Assembly (NCBI GenBank): GCA_964513735.1
Contig: CAZENU010000003.1
Location: 50,736 to 114,735 of the forward strand
Length of the DNA: 64,000 nt
Source: an uncultured Dehalococcoidia bacterium
GTDB lineage: Bacteria; Chloroflexota; Dehalococcoidia; Lucifugimonadales; CAZENU01
Direction: 5' to 3'
Positions 12,935-22,680 of this stretch are shown here, piece by piece; the first letter of the stretch is position 1, and the number at the start of each line of letters is the position of its first letter. Below the pieces are notes generated by a model, which did no database searches, was not told the origin of the DNA, and saw nothing but the letters and a program-made list of their open reading frames with translations. A program made the translations under genes and the position numbers.

Positions 12935-12964
12935 AGTCTAGAACACGCGCCGGCGTCATGTCAA
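12935..12964 (-). promoter_or_regulatory. sigma70-like promoter of groES-groEL
   Basis: The minus strand reads TTGACA (12959..12964), 18 nt, then TAGACT (12935..12940), immediately upstream of the CIRCE-like element. Confidence 0.5.
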
Positions 12965-13085
12965 TACAAGGCGCCGGGAGTGGCAAAACGCACATCGCGA
13001 GGGTCCGTACGGGCACCTTCCCATGCCGTGTACTGAGGGGTTAGGATTGGCTCACCTGAGTTTCCCCCTGGGAGGTCGACGATAC

Positions 13086-13994
13086 ATGAGATATTACCGA
13101 CTGACAGGCGACGACGGAGAAACGAGACTAGCCGCGGAGGTCGAAGACGACGTCCTGTACGACCTGACCTCCATTGACGAGGACCTGACCGAGGTCGACG
13201 ACCTGGCCGCGGCCGCCTCCCTGTCCGGCAACACCATCGACGACCTGGCCCGGACGGTCCTCGACTCGGGGCAGGCAGACACCTACGACCTGCCGCAGAT
13301 CTATGAGGAGTCGCGGGACGGCGCCGGCGAGCTCTGGCTGGACCGGCCATTCGATCCGCCCGAGGTATGGGCCGCAGGCGTCACCTACAAGACGAGCGAG
13401 ATGGAGCGCCGGCGGGAGAGCGACACGCCCGACGTCTACTCCAAGGTATACGCGGCGGATCGCCCGGAGCTCTTCTTCAAGGCCACGCCCGAGCGCTGCA
13501 TGGGTCCCTTCGAATCTATCGGCGTCCGCGAAGACTCGGAGTGGAACGTTCCCGAGCCGGAACTGGCCTTCGTCGTGTACAAAAAGCAGATCATCGGCTA
13601 CACGGCCGGCAACGACGTCAGCAGCCGGTCCATCGAGGGCGAGAACCCGCTGTATCTGCCCCAGGCCAAGCTATACGCCAATAGCTGCGCTATCGGCCCC
13701 TGCTTCGTGACCACGGAGACGATCGGCGACCCCCACGGTCTCGATGTCGAGTGCGCCATCCACCGTGATGGGAAGGAGCTGTTCAGGGGTAAGACGTCGA
13801 CGTCGGGCATGGCACGCAAGTGCTTCGAACTCTCCGATTGGCTCCATCGCCACAACATGATACCCAACATGACCGCGGTGCTCACTGGGACCGCCATCGT
13901 GCCCCCACCGGACGTCACGCTCCAGGAAGGCGACGTCGTCTCCATCACGATCCAGAACATTGGCCTCCTGGAGAACGACGTAATCGTAGTCTAG
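13086..13994 (+). CDS. fumarylacetoacetate hydrolase (FAH) family protein, KdaD-like 2-keto-3-deoxy-acid dehydratase candidate
   Basis: ATG at 13086 follows GGGAGG. FAH-fold segments include ELFFKATP, PEPELAFVV and YTAGNDVSSR...PQAKLY. Confidence 0.75.
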   Translation: MRYYRLTGDDGETRLAAEVEDDVLYDLTSIDEDLTEVDDLAAAASLSGNTIDDLARTVLDSGQADTYDLPQIYEESRDGAGELWLDRPFDPPEVWAAGVTYKTSEMERRRESDTPDVYSKVYAADRPELFFKATPERCMGPFESIGVREDSEWNVPEPELAFVVYKKQIIGYTAGNDVSSRSIEGENPLYLPQAKLYANSCAIGPCFVTTETIGDPHGLDVECAIHRDGKELFRGKTSTSGMARKCFELSDWLHRHNMIPNMTAVLTGTAIVPPPDVTLQEGDVVSITIQNIGLLENDVIVV

Positions 13995-14206
13995 CCACGG
14001 CCCGGGTCGATGGCCGCGTACTCAAGGCTGCGATAGAGGCGCTGAAGATGCTCGCGGAGCTTGAACACCTGGCCGCCGAAGGTGCGCTCGGCGTCGTAGA
14101 ACCCGGGCTCGGGCTCCGCAGCCGTTTCGCTCATCTCGGCGACCACCTGACCGTGCGGAACCACCCGCCCGTTCAGGTAAGCCATCAGTTCTCGAGATTC
14201 AGCCAT
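13991..14206 (-). pseudogene. class IV (branched-chain/D-amino-acid) aminotransferase, N-terminal fragment only
   Basis: MAYLNGRVVPHGQ...GFYDAERTFGGQVFKLREHLQRLYRSLEYAAID matches the first ~70 residues of fold-type IV aminotransferases. The frame stops at 13991, whereas the family is normally about 280-300 aa. Confidence 0.6.
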
Positions 14207-14267
14207 CCAGGGCCTCTCGCGACGGCCTGAGACCACGGCCTCATCGACGGGCCGGGGAAATCCCAGG

Positions 14268-15158
14268 CTAGGCGCTGGCCGTGGCCATCTGCTCCTGCAC
14301 AGTCCTGCCGATACTGGCGGGAGAGGGAACGATGGCGGCTCCCGCCGCCGACAGCGCCTTGATCTTCTCGTCGGCGCGGCCGGCCCTGCCGGTGATGATC
14401 GCCCCCGCGTGGCCCATCCGGCGACCCGGCGGGGCGGTCCGACCCACTATCAGCGCAGCCACGGGTTTGCTGAAGTCGCTCTGGATGTACTCGGCCGCCT
14501 CCTGCTCACGGGTGCCACCGATCTCCCCGATCAGGACGACACTCTTGGTGTCCAGATCGGCCTCGAACATCTCCAGAATGTCGATGAAGGACGTCCCGCT
14601 GACCGGGTCGCCTCCTATGCCGACGCACGTCGACTGGCCGATACCCAGGCCCGAAAGCTGCCCCACGGCCTCGTAGGTGAGCGTCCCGCTGCGCGACACC
14701 ACCCCGACCTCGCCCGGCATGTGGATGGCCCCCGGCATGATCCCGACCTTGCAGTGGGCGCCCGGAGAGATAGCGCCCGGGCAGTTCGGCCCTATCAGCG
14801 TGACGCCTTTGTCGCGTATGTAGCGGACGACCCTGACCGTGTCTCGGACGGGTACGCCTTCGGTGATGCAAACGATGACCGGGATGCTGGAGTCGACAGC
14901 CTCGACGATGGCATCATCTGCCCGCAACCGTGGAGGCACGAAGATCATGGAGGTGTTAGCGCCGGTCTCGTCAACCGCCTCGCGAACGGTGTTGAAGATG
15001 GGGATGTCGCCGTCGAAGGTCTGGCCTCCCTTGCCGGGAGTCACGCCGGCGACTAGGTTGGTGCCGTACTCTCTGCAGCGTTGGGCGTGAAAGCTGCCCT
15101 CTTTGCCCGTGATGCCCTGCACCAGCAGTCGGGTCCGCGAATCAACCAGGATGCTCAT
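14268..15158 (-). CDS. sucD: succinyl-CoA synthetase alpha subunit
   Basis: 296 aa, with [18 protein letters not shown] and the phosphohistidine loop MGHAGAI. Confidence 0.95.
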   Translation of the reverse strand: MSILVDSRTRLLVQGITGKEGSFHAQRCREYGTNLVAGVTPGKGGQTFDGDIPIFNTVREAVDETGANTSMIFVPPRLRADDAIVEAVDSSIPVIVCITEGVPVRDTVRVVRYIRDKGVTLIGPNCPGAISPGAHCKVGIMPGAIHMPGEVGVVSRSGTLTYEAVGQLSGLGIGQSTCVGIGGDPVSGTSFIDILEMFEADLDTKSVVLIGEIGGTREQEAAEYIQSDFSKPVAALIVGRTAPPGRRMGHAGAIITGRAGRADEKIKALSAAGAAIVPSPASIGRTVQEQMATASA

Positions 15159-15207
15159 TAAGCCTGCTCCAACCCTCGGATATCTAGAATCGGCGAACCG
15201 CGCGCGA

Positions 15208-16365
15208 TCAGCTGTCGGCCCTGAGCGCGTCGGCCGCCCGGTCCAGGTCGTCCACCAGAGTCACGGGCAGGTCCGAGTCCCGAAGAAGCTGGCGCCCCTC
15301 GTCGGCGTTGGTGCCCGACATGCGTACCACCAGCGGCCTCATCGTGTGCGGAGTGGATTCGGCGGCGGTAATGACTCCTCTTGCGACTATATCGCATCGG
15401 AGGATGCCGCCGAAGATGTTGATCAGTATCGTCCTTACGCTGTCGTCGGACAGGATAATCTCCATGGCCCGGGCCACCTTCTCTTCGTCCGCGCTGCCGC
15501 CCACGTCCAAGAAATTAGCCGGGGCGGCGTCTGCGGCGCTGGCGACATCCATGGTCGCCATGGACAGGCCGGCCCCGTTCACGATGCATCCAACGTCGCC
15601 TTCCAGCTTCACGTAGCTGATGCCGGCACGGCTCGCCTGTTCCTCCAGTGGGTCATCCTGCTCGGGGTCCTTGAGCTCGTCCACTTTGAGGTGCTTGAAC
15701 AGCGCGTCGTCGTCAAAGGCCAGCTTGGCGTCCGCAGCCAACACCTGCCCGTCACGGGTCACCACCAGCGGGTTGATCTCCGCCAGCGAGCAGTCGTTGT
15801 CGTCAAAGACGCGGTAGAGGCTCTCGATCAGGCCCGACAGCGCCCTGACCTGCCCGGGAGCTACGTTGAGCTCGTACGCCAGCCTGCGCCCCTGGTAGGG
15901 CTGAAGGCCGAGAGCCGGGTCGATGGCAATGCGCAGAATCTTCTCCGGCGTCTCCTCGGCCACCTCCTCGATCTCCATCCCGCCCGCCTCGCTGACCATC
16001 ACCATCGCGCCGCGAGCCGCGCCGTCGATCAGCATTGCCACATAAAGCTCTCGCTCCACGTCCAAAAGCTCCTCGACCAGCACCCGCCGCACCGGCACGC
16101 CTTCGGGGCCGGTCTGAGCGGTAACGAGATACGTGCCCAGAAGCGAGGCGGCGGCCTCCTCAGCCTCTTCCGGCGTCGAGACGACTTTGATTCCGCCAGC
16201 CTTGCCTCGCCCACCCGCGTGGACCTGCGCCTTGACGACGGCGCCGCCGTCGTGTGTTGAGGCAATCTCCCGCGCCTCGGCGGGCGTGGACGCGACGCCG
16301 CCTCTGGGAACCGAGACTCCGCCCCGAGACAGTATCTCCTTGGCCTGGTACTCGTGTACTTTCAG
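15208..16365 (-). CDS. sucC: succinyl-CoA synthetase beta subunit (apparent CTG start)
   Basis: The ORF track lists only 15208..16098. The same frame continues upstream without a stop and encodes (L)[61 protein letters not shown], the canonical SucC N-terminus. An in-frame TAG sits 8 codons upstream of the CTG at 16363..16365. Confidence 0.9.
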   Translation of the reverse strand: MKVHEYQAKEILSRGGVSVPRGGVASTPAEAREIASTHDGGAVVKAQVHAGGRGKAGGIKVVSTPEEAEEAAASLLGTYLVTAQTGPEGVPVRRVLVEELLDVERELYVAMLIDGAARGAMVMVSEAGGMEIEEVAEETPEKILRIAIDPALGLQPYQGRRLAYELNVAPGQVRALSGLIESLYRVFDDNDCSLAEINPLVVTRDGQVLAADAKLAFDDDALFKHLKVDELKDPEQDDPLEEQASRAGISYVKLEGDVGCIVNGAGLSMATMDVASAADAAPANFLDVGGSADEEKVARAMEIILSDDSVRTILINIFGGILRCDIVARGVITAAESTPHTMRPLVVRMSGTNADEGRQLLRDSDLPVTLVDDLDRAADALRADS

Positions 16366-16464
16366 TTGCTCTACTCCCGTGGATATGTTCTAGGGCCTTT
16401 AGCGCTGCGCTCCGGCGGCCTGGCACGCTCGACGACGGTCGGGTGCGGCGCATCGCACGCCAAG

Positions 16465-16549
16465 CGGAGGGGGTGGGATTCGAACCCACGTTCCCTTTCG
16501 AGAAACCAGTTTTCAAGACTGGCGCCTTAAGCCGCTCGGCCACCCCTCC
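16465..16549 (-). tRNA. tRNA-Ser (anticodon UGA)
   Basis: The minus strand reads GGAGGGGTGGCCGAGCGGCTTAAGGCGCCAGTCTTGAAAACTGGTTTCTCGAAAGGGAACGTGGGTTCGAATCCCACCCCCTCCG. It has a 7-bp acceptor stem, anticodon loop CUUGAAA, a long variable arm and T-loop TTCGAAT. CCA is not encoded. Confidence 0.9.
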
Positions 16550-16785
16550 CTGACGGCAACTGACGCTCGGACGAAGGACTCAGACACGAAGCCGAACGCC
16601 GGCACCGGCCATCGTATTGTAGTCGGTGCTCCAAACATGGGCAACAATCGCGGTGCCTTGACGCTTCGGACGCCTGCGTATCCGCACGTGCCCTCATGGG
16701 TGCCACGTCCGGTCGAAGTATAGGGGGGCTTCCCCGTGCCAGAGCCGGCGCAAAACGCTGTACGCTGGAACTGGACTCCGAACCC

Positions 16786-17306
16786 CGGACATTCGCCATG
16801 ATCTCTTTCTTGAACCTGCCTGCCAAAGCGCCTACCCCGTCTCTAGACGAGCTGGCGCACTTGTTGCAACGGCCTAGCAGCGAGGTCATACAGCTGCTGG
16901 ACGAGGAGCGACTGCGAGGCCGCGGCCCACGACGGCACCACGGTAAAATCGATGGGCGACGGCTTCTTGTTCACCTTTGACAGCGCCACACGGGGAGTCG
17001 CCTGCGCCTCGGCGGTCCAGCGCGCGTTGACAGAGCGCACCGGGCGCGCGCCCGGAGGAGCGGGTCGCGGTGCCCATCGGCATCTTGGTCTGGGAGCCGG
17101 TCCGCGACAGCGACGATCTCTACGGGATGTCGGTGATCGTGGCGGCACGCATCATGGCCAAGGCCAAGGGCGGCCAGATCCTGGTGTCCGAGATCGTCTA
17201 CACCGTGGCCTCAAGTAGCAGTGTGTTCGAATTCCGATCGATGGGCGCAACCAGGCTCAAGGGCGTCGACGGCAAGCACCGGCTCTACGAGGTCCTGTGG
17301 CGATAA
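16786..17306 (+). pseudogene. class III adenylate/guanylate cyclase catalytic domain, multiply frameshifted
   Basis: Cyclase segments are spread over three frames. They read ...RTFAM...ELAHLLQR..., then EAAAHDGTTVKSMGDGFLFTFDSATRGVACASAVQRAL, then RVAVPIGILVWEPVRDSDDLYGMSVIVAARIMAKAKGGQILVSE...LKGVDGKHRLYEV. Confidence 0.55.
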
Positions 17307-17380
17307 CAGGACACCCGGCTGCTATCGAGGCGCCACCGTGCCCTGTTCTTACCCCCGCCCCAAACCCCTAAACCCAGCCC

Positions 17381-18712
17381 CTATCCCATGAGGCTTCGGA
17401 AGTCCGGCGTCCGCTTGCCCAAGGTAAGCTGTCGCATCATCTTCTGCATCTGCCGGAACCGGTTGAGGAGTTGGTTGATGTCCTGAGGAGACGTGCCGCT
17501 TCCTCGGGCGATGCGACGCCTTCGGCTGCCTCCGATGAGCTCGGGGCGCCGCCTCTCCTCCGGCGTCATCGAGCGGATGATGGCCTCCACGTGTTTGACC
17601 TGACCATCTTCCAAATCTCCGGCCGACATCCGCCCCGCGATGGACGACATGCCCGGCACCATTTCCATTATCTGGCTCAGCGGGCCCATCTTCTTGAGCT
17701 GCTGTAGCTGCCCCAAGAAGTCCTCCAGGTCGAAGGTCGCCTGGCGCATCTTCCGCTCGAGCTCGACCGCCTGATCTTCGTCGATGGTGGTCTGTGCCTT
17801 CTCGATCAGGGTCAGCACGTCGCCCATGCCCAGAATGCGCGAAGCGAGCCGGTCCGGGTGGAATTCCTCCAGCGCGTCCACCCGCTCGCCGGTACCGATG
17901 AACTTGATCGACACGCCGGTGACCGACACGACGGACAGCGCTGCACCGCCCCTGGCGTCTCCATCGAGCTTGGTGAGCACGAGCCCGGTCAGGCCGATCC
18001 TGGAGTGGAACTCTTCGGCGACGTTGACCGCCTCCTGGCCCGTCATCGCATCGACGACCAGCAGCGTCTCCGTCGGTGACACCGCCTCCTTGATCTCCTC
18101 CAGTTCCCGCATCAGGTCATCGTCAACCTGGAATCTGCCGGCGGTGTCTACGATGACCCACGACGCGTCCGTCTTGGCACCTTGATTGACGCCGTCGCCG
18201 GCCACCGTAGGCGTCGGCTTCGACGGGTCGTCCGTGTACACCTCGACGCCCACCTGGCCGCCGAGAACCTGGAGCTGCTTGATGGCCGCCGGCCGCCGCA
18301 GGTCCGCCGCCACCAGCAACGGAGTTTGCCCGGCTGCCTTGAGGTGACGCGCGATCTTGGCCGACGCCGTGGTCTTGCCGGCGCCGTTGAGGCCGACCAT
18401 GAGCATGACCGACGGCGGGTCCGCGGCCGGCGTTATCTGCTTGGCCCCACCACCCAGGACCTCGGTCAGCTCCTCCTTGGTGATCTTTACCACCTGCTGT
18501 CCGGGACTCAGACTCTTGAGCACGTCGCCCTCGAGGGCCCGCTCGCGAATTCGCGACACAAGCTGCCGGGCGACCCTGAAGTTGACGTCGGCCTCGAGCA
18601 AGGCCAGTCGGACCTCGCGCAGCGCCTGGTCGACGTCTTTTTCGATCAGTCTGCCCTTGTTGCTCAGCCCGCCAAAGGCCACGCCGAGCTTTTCAGTCAG
18701 TGCTTCGAACAT
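17381..18712 (-). CDS. ffh: signal recognition particle protein Ffh
   Basis: 443 aa, with MVGLNGAGKTT, DTAGR, TKLDGDARGG and a Met-rich M domain. Confidence 0.95.
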   Translation of the reverse strand: MFEALTEKLGVAFGGLSNKGRLIEKDVDQALREVRLALLEADVNFRVARQLVSRIRERALEGDVLKSLSPGQQVVKITKEELTEVLGGGAKQITPAADPPSVMLMVGLNGAGKTTASAKIARHLKAAGQTPLLVAADLRRPAAIKQLQVLGGQVGVEVYTDDPSKPTPTVAGDGVNQGAKTDASWVIVDTAGRFQVDDDLMRELEEIKEAVSPTETLLVVDAMTGQEAVNVAEEFHSRIGLTGLVLTKLDGDARGGAALSVVSVTGVSIKFIGTGERVDALEEFHPDRLASRILGMGDVLTLIEKAQTTIDEDQAVELERKMRQATFDLEDFLGQLQQLKKMGPLSQIMEMVPGMSSIAGRMSAGDLEDGQVKHVEAIIRSMTPEERRRPELIGGSRRRRIARGSGTSPQDINQLLNRFRQMQKMMRQLTLGKRTPDFRSLMG

Positions 18713-19330
18713 CTACTCCACCGTATTCCTTTTGTCGATCACTATTATCGGCGTTCCGTTGGCGGCCAACGCCCGGACCACCTGCACGTCGGTCGCGCCG
18801 ACGGCGGCAACCGCGAAGAAGCCGCCGCTTGACACCGTCTGGTGCGTCTGACCCTGGTCAAAGACCACCTCGACCACCGCGACCCCGCTGAATGTGGTCC
18901 GCCCGAAGGCGACGGCCGTCTCGACTACTCCGTTCAGCTCGGGCGAGTAGTCGACTCGAGAGTCTGCATGCCACTCGATCACGTCGTTGGGGTTCGGCGG
19001 CGACGGGACTCCGAAACTGACGCCCGTATCCGCCAACCAGCCGGACGCACCGTGCTTGGCCAGCCGGTAGCCGAGCAGCTCGGTCCCCGGGGGACCCGGC
19101 GTCGTGTACAGCACCAGCACACCGTTCCACACCGGGAGCGTCCCCTTCAGCTCGAAACCGGGTGCCTGGCCTGGGTCGCTTGTCGACTCGATGTACCGCT
19201 GGACCGCCTCTTCCGGCGTCGGGTACCCGACGCTCTCTCCGCTGCCGAGTGCGACCCCGACGACGAGCCCTATGCCCACTAGCATCACCCCGACTATTCC
19301 AAGCACGCCGATCGCCACCGTCCTGTTCAA
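18713..19330 (-). CDS. hypothetical membrane-anchored or secreted protein
   Basis: 205 aa with an N-terminal hydrophobic helix (VAIGVLGIVGVMLVGIGLVVGVAL). Its stop abuts the ffh start. No family recognised. Confidence 0.5.
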   Translation of the reverse strand: MNRTVAIGVLGIVGVMLVGIGLVVGVALGSGESVGYPTPEEAVQRYIESTSDPGQAPGFELKGTLPVWNGVLVLYTTPGPPGTELLGYRLAKHGASGWLADTGVSFGVPSPPNPNDVIEWHADSRVDYSPELNGVVETAVAFGRTTFSGVAVVEVVFDQGQTHQTVSSGGFFAVAAVGATDVQVVRALAANGTPIIVIDKRNTVE

Positions 19331-19509
19331 TGAAGCTCCATACGCTGATTGCGCGAAAGCAGACTCGATGCCAGGGCAACTCTACTGAAGCTACGGTAGC
19401 AGACGATCCCATTTCCAGCCAGGAGATTCACCGCCGAGCGCGCTGAGAACGCGGAGATGTGAATAGTCCGGACCGTTCTCGGCGTCCTCGTCGGTCTCCG
19501 CGGTTGCGT

Positions 19510-20652
19510 CTACGACTCCCAGCGGCGGCCGCGGCGGTCGATGGCCGCGGCGTTGAGGGTTGCGCCGAGGCCAGGCCCGCCCGGGAACCACAACCGGCCG
19601 TCCTCGACCCGCTCGGGCGGGTCCAGCAGCTCATGCCGCCACGGCGCCTCGTCCACGGCATGCTCCAGCGGCATCGCGTCCGGCAGCGCCGCGCAGACGT
19701 GGGCGCTGGTCAGCAGCGGCACTGTCCCGGAGGGGCTGTGCGGTGAAAAGCCGGCGCCGAGGCGATGGGCCAGCATCCCGGTGCGGTAGGCCTCGGACGC
19801 TCCGCCACAAAGCATGACGTCGGGCATGATGACGTGGGTGGCCCGCTTTTCAAGCAGCGCCTCGAAGGACTCCACGCCGTACAACGACTCCCCGCCCGCC
19901 ACCGGCATCGAGACCCGGCGGGCTATTTCCGCCATGTCGTCCTGACTCGACTCTATGTCGACCGGCTCCTCGAACCAGCCCACGTCGAGCTTGGCCAGCT
20001 CCTCCGCGACCCGGAGTGCGCTCTCTAGATCGAAACGCCGGTGGCAGTCCACCAGCAGCCGAATGTCCGGCCCTATCGCCGCCCTGACCGCCGCGACGCG
20101 CTCGACTCCGGTGCGCGACGCTTCCACCGCCGAGTCCGTCGTCTTCGTCTTGTCGACCTCGTCGAAGGGGGCGCACTTGATCGTACGGAAGCCTCGTCCG
20201 GCAGCCCTCTCAGCGACCCGGCCGAAGCTCGCAGGCGACCGATGCCGGCCCAGCAGAGCGCGGTTGATGTTCGCATACAGCTCGACGCTGCTGGCCGCGG
20301 TCCCGCCCAGTTTCTCCGTGAGGCTGACTCCGGCGTGGACCGCCTGCAGGACCGTCACTATATTCCGCAGGGCGCTTACGGCCACCGACGTGATACTGAT
20401 AGGTGTGAGCAGGCCCGGATCTATGCCAGCGGCCTCGACCACGGCCTGCTCATCGTCCAGCGGCCGGCCGGCCAGCACGCCCACAAGCTCCGCGATCCGC
20501 TCTCCGACCTCCGGCGACCCCGTTGTGATGCCGAACTCGGCGGCGGCGCTGGCGCCGTGGAGATCGTAGACCTCAGCAAAAGACCACTCCGTGTTGGCAT
20601 TCACCCTCACTGCGGCGAACTGCACTCTATCGAGAATGATGATTGCGTCCAT
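19510..20652 (-). CDS. enolase-superfamily enzyme (mandelate racemase/muconate lactonizing family)
   Basis: 380 aa, with KCAPFDEV, LLVDCHRRF, VGWFEEP and PVAGGESL metal-ligand segments. Confidence 0.8.
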   Translation of the reverse strand: MDAIIILDRVQFAAVRVNANTEWSFAEVYDLHGASAAAEFGITTGSPEVGERIAELVGVLAGRPLDDEQAVVEAAGIDPGLLTPISITSVAVSALRNIVTVLQAVHAGVSLTEKLGGTAASSVELYANINRALLGRHRSPASFGRVAERAAGRGFRTIKCAPFDEVDKTKTTDSAVEASRTGVERVAAVRAAIGPDIRLLVDCHRRFDLESALRVAEELAKLDVGWFEEPVDIESSQDDMAEIARRVSMPVAGGESLYGVESFEALLEKRATHVIMPDVMLCGGASEAYRTGMLAHRLGAGFSPHSPSGTVPLLTSAHVCAALPDAMPLEHAVDEAPWRHELLDPPERVEDGRLWFPGGPGLGATLNAAAIDRRGRRWES

Positions 20653-20668
20653 GTCGCGCTCCCGGCGC

Positions 20669-21721
20669 CTACAGCATGGCCTCGTTCAGCACGACACCGA
20701 AGCCCGGTCTGTCCAGCGGCGCGATGAACCCGTCCTCGGCGCGAGGCTCGTCCAGCCATAGCTCGTCGTTGGGCGGCGTCCAGCGGTGGGGCATCGTCTC
20801 CGCCAACTCGCCGCAACCGGTGGCGGCCAGCAGGTGTAGTCCCCATATCTCGCCGCCACGGTGAGGTACCACGGGCACACCGGCGTCGCGGGCCAAGTCC
20901 ACGATGCGCAGGCCGGCCGTGATGCCGCCGCACCAGGTAATGTCCGGCTGCCACAGGTCCAGCGCCCCCGCCTCGGCAATGGCCGCGAAGTCGTGATGCG
21001 TGTAGTCGTGCTCGCCGCCCGCCAGCAGCACCGGCTTCACCTTCGGCCTAAGCGCGGCCAGCTCATCGAGGTGATCGGGGGTCAGCACGTCCTCAAACCA
21101 GTAGACGTCGTAGTCCGCCAGCCGGCTCGCCATTTCGAGGGTGTCGGCCGCGTTCCAGGTCATGCCGCAGTCGGTCAGGACTAGCGCATCGGGTCCGTAG
21201 CTCTCTCGCGCGCTGGCGACGGCCTCTACGATCTCGTCCGCCTCGCCGTCGCGGCCGAAAAAGGGTGTTCCTACCTTAACCGCCGTATACCCGGCGTCAC
21301 GGTCGCGCAGGTACTCTTTTGAGGACGCGTAGGCCCGCACTTTGTCCACTGCCAGGCCGCCCAGCAGATCGTAAACCGGCCTTCCCTGAGCCTTCCTGAG
21401 AAGGTCCCACAGGGCAAGGTCGACGCCGCTCAGCGCCATGACGGGGATGCCCGTCCGGCCATACGGCAGCGACTTGTAGTAGAGCCAGTCCCAGGCCTCG
21501 CGAATGTCGTCGACCGACTCTACGGTGCTCCCGACGAGCAGTCCCTTCATGTGCTCGTTTACGACGGCCACAGCCGGATTGCCTCCGCCTCCGTAGCCGA
21601 GGCCTACGACGCCCGTGTCCGACTCCACTCGCACGACGATCTGCCAGAAGTGGGACTGCCACACACCTTGAGGCAGGTGCTGCCAGCGGGGGTAGACCGC
21701 TTTGACGTCGATGACTTTCAC
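20669..21721 (-). CDS. enolase-superfamily enzyme (acid-sugar dehydratase-like)
   Basis: 350 aa, with YTAVKV, LVLTDCGMTW, VYWFEDV and LAGGEHDYT segments. Confidence 0.8.
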   Translation of the reverse strand: MKVIDVKAVYPRWQHLPQGVWQSHFWQIVVRVESDTGVVGLGYGGGGNPAVAVVNEHMKGLLVGSTVESVDDIREAWDWLYYKSLPYGRTGIPVMALSGVDLALWDLLRKAQGRPVYDLLGGLAVDKVRAYASSKEYLRDRDAGYTAVKVGTPFFGRDGEADEIVEAVASARESYGPDALVLTDCGMTWNAADTLEMASRLADYDVYWFEDVLTPDHLDELAALRPKVKPVLLAGGEHDYTHHDFAAIAEAGALDLWQPDITWCGGITAGLRIVDLARDAGVPVVPHRGGEIWGLHLLAATGCGELAETMPHRWTPPNDELWLDEPRAEDGFIAPLDRPGFGVVLNEAML

Positions 21722-21735
21722 AGCGCTCTCTCAGA

Positions 21736-22680
21736 CTAGGCGTACTCGACGATGCTGCCGAAGAGGTCCTTGATGCGCTGAGCGTCCTCGGCCGGCAGCC
21801 GAGGCGTCTCCAGGGCTGCGACATTGGACTCCAGGTGTTCGATGCTGGCGGTGCCGGTGATCACGGTGGAGACAGCCGGGTGGTCGGCGCCGAACTTGTA
21901 GCCGGCGCTGATGACCGAGTCGACATCGTCGTGCACCAGCCATCCCAGCGGGTCTTCGGCAGGCAGGCTGTCGGCCGCTATCTTCCCGCCATTCTTCCAC
22001 TCCTGGATGAGCTGCTCCAGCCGCGCAGGGTCGGGGAGCTTGTCGCGGATCGTCGCCATGTTCATGACGCCGACGTCGTGTTCAATGGCCAGCGGGAACA
22101 TCTCGTCGGCGGCGTGCTGGTTCAGCATGCCGTACTTGAGCATCACCACGTCGAACAGGTCCGGGTCTTCCATAAGCGCCCGCTCCCCGGTCACCTGCGC
22201 CGGGTCGGTAGCATATCTGGTGCTGATGCCGACGGCGCGGACCTTCCCTTCCTCCCGCAGTCGCACCATTGTCGGGGCGACGCGCTCGATCAGCTCCGGG
22301 TACTCGTCGGGAAGCGGGCCGTGGAACATCATGACGTCGACGTAGTCGGTCAGCAGCCTCTTCAGACTCTCGTTGACGCCCTCGGCGAGTAGCGCCGGGT
22401 CCGGCACCGACTTCCCGTCCTTCAAGGCCAGCCACTTGGTCGTCAGGAAGTACGAGTCCCTGGGCACGCCCTCCAGCGCCCTGCCCAGTATGAGCTCAGA
22501 GTCGCCGTATATGGCGGACGTGTCGATGAAGTTGATTCCCAGGTCCAGAGCCCGCCGGACCAGGGCCGTCTGCTGGCCCTGGGACATACCGACCGACTGA
22601 CCCAGAGCCCGCGCGCCACCCGATCCCAGGCTCAAGAGCGAGACCTCGAAACCAGTTCGCCCCAGGGTCCGATACTCCAT
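21736..22680 (-). CDS. aldo/keto reductase
   Basis: 314 aa, with MEYRTLGRTGFEVSLLSLGSGG, FIDTSAIYGDSE and GISTRY. AGGAGGG precedes the ATG. Confidence 0.9.
   Translation of the reverse strand: MEYRTLGRTGFEVSLLSLGSGGARALGQSVGMSQGQQTALVRRALDLGINFIDTSAIYGDSELILGRALEGVPRDSYFLTTKWLALKDGKSVPDPALLAEGVNESLKRLLTDYVDVMMFHGPLPDEYPELIERVAPTMVRLREEGKVRAVGISTRYATDPAQVTGERALMEDPDLFDVVMLKYGMLNQHAADEMFPLAIEHDVGVMNMATIRDKLPDPARLEQLIQEWKNGGKIAADSLPAEDPLGWLVHDDVDSVISAGYKFGADHPAVSTVITGTASIEHLESNVAALETPRLPAEDAQRIKDLFGSIVEYA

Noticed and set aside
15103-16260. 385-aa plus-strand ORF, and similar long ORFs at 25643..26821 and 49993..51204
   Set aside because: They are antisense to sucC, gyrA and an enolase-superfamily gene respectively, so they are shadow ORFs.
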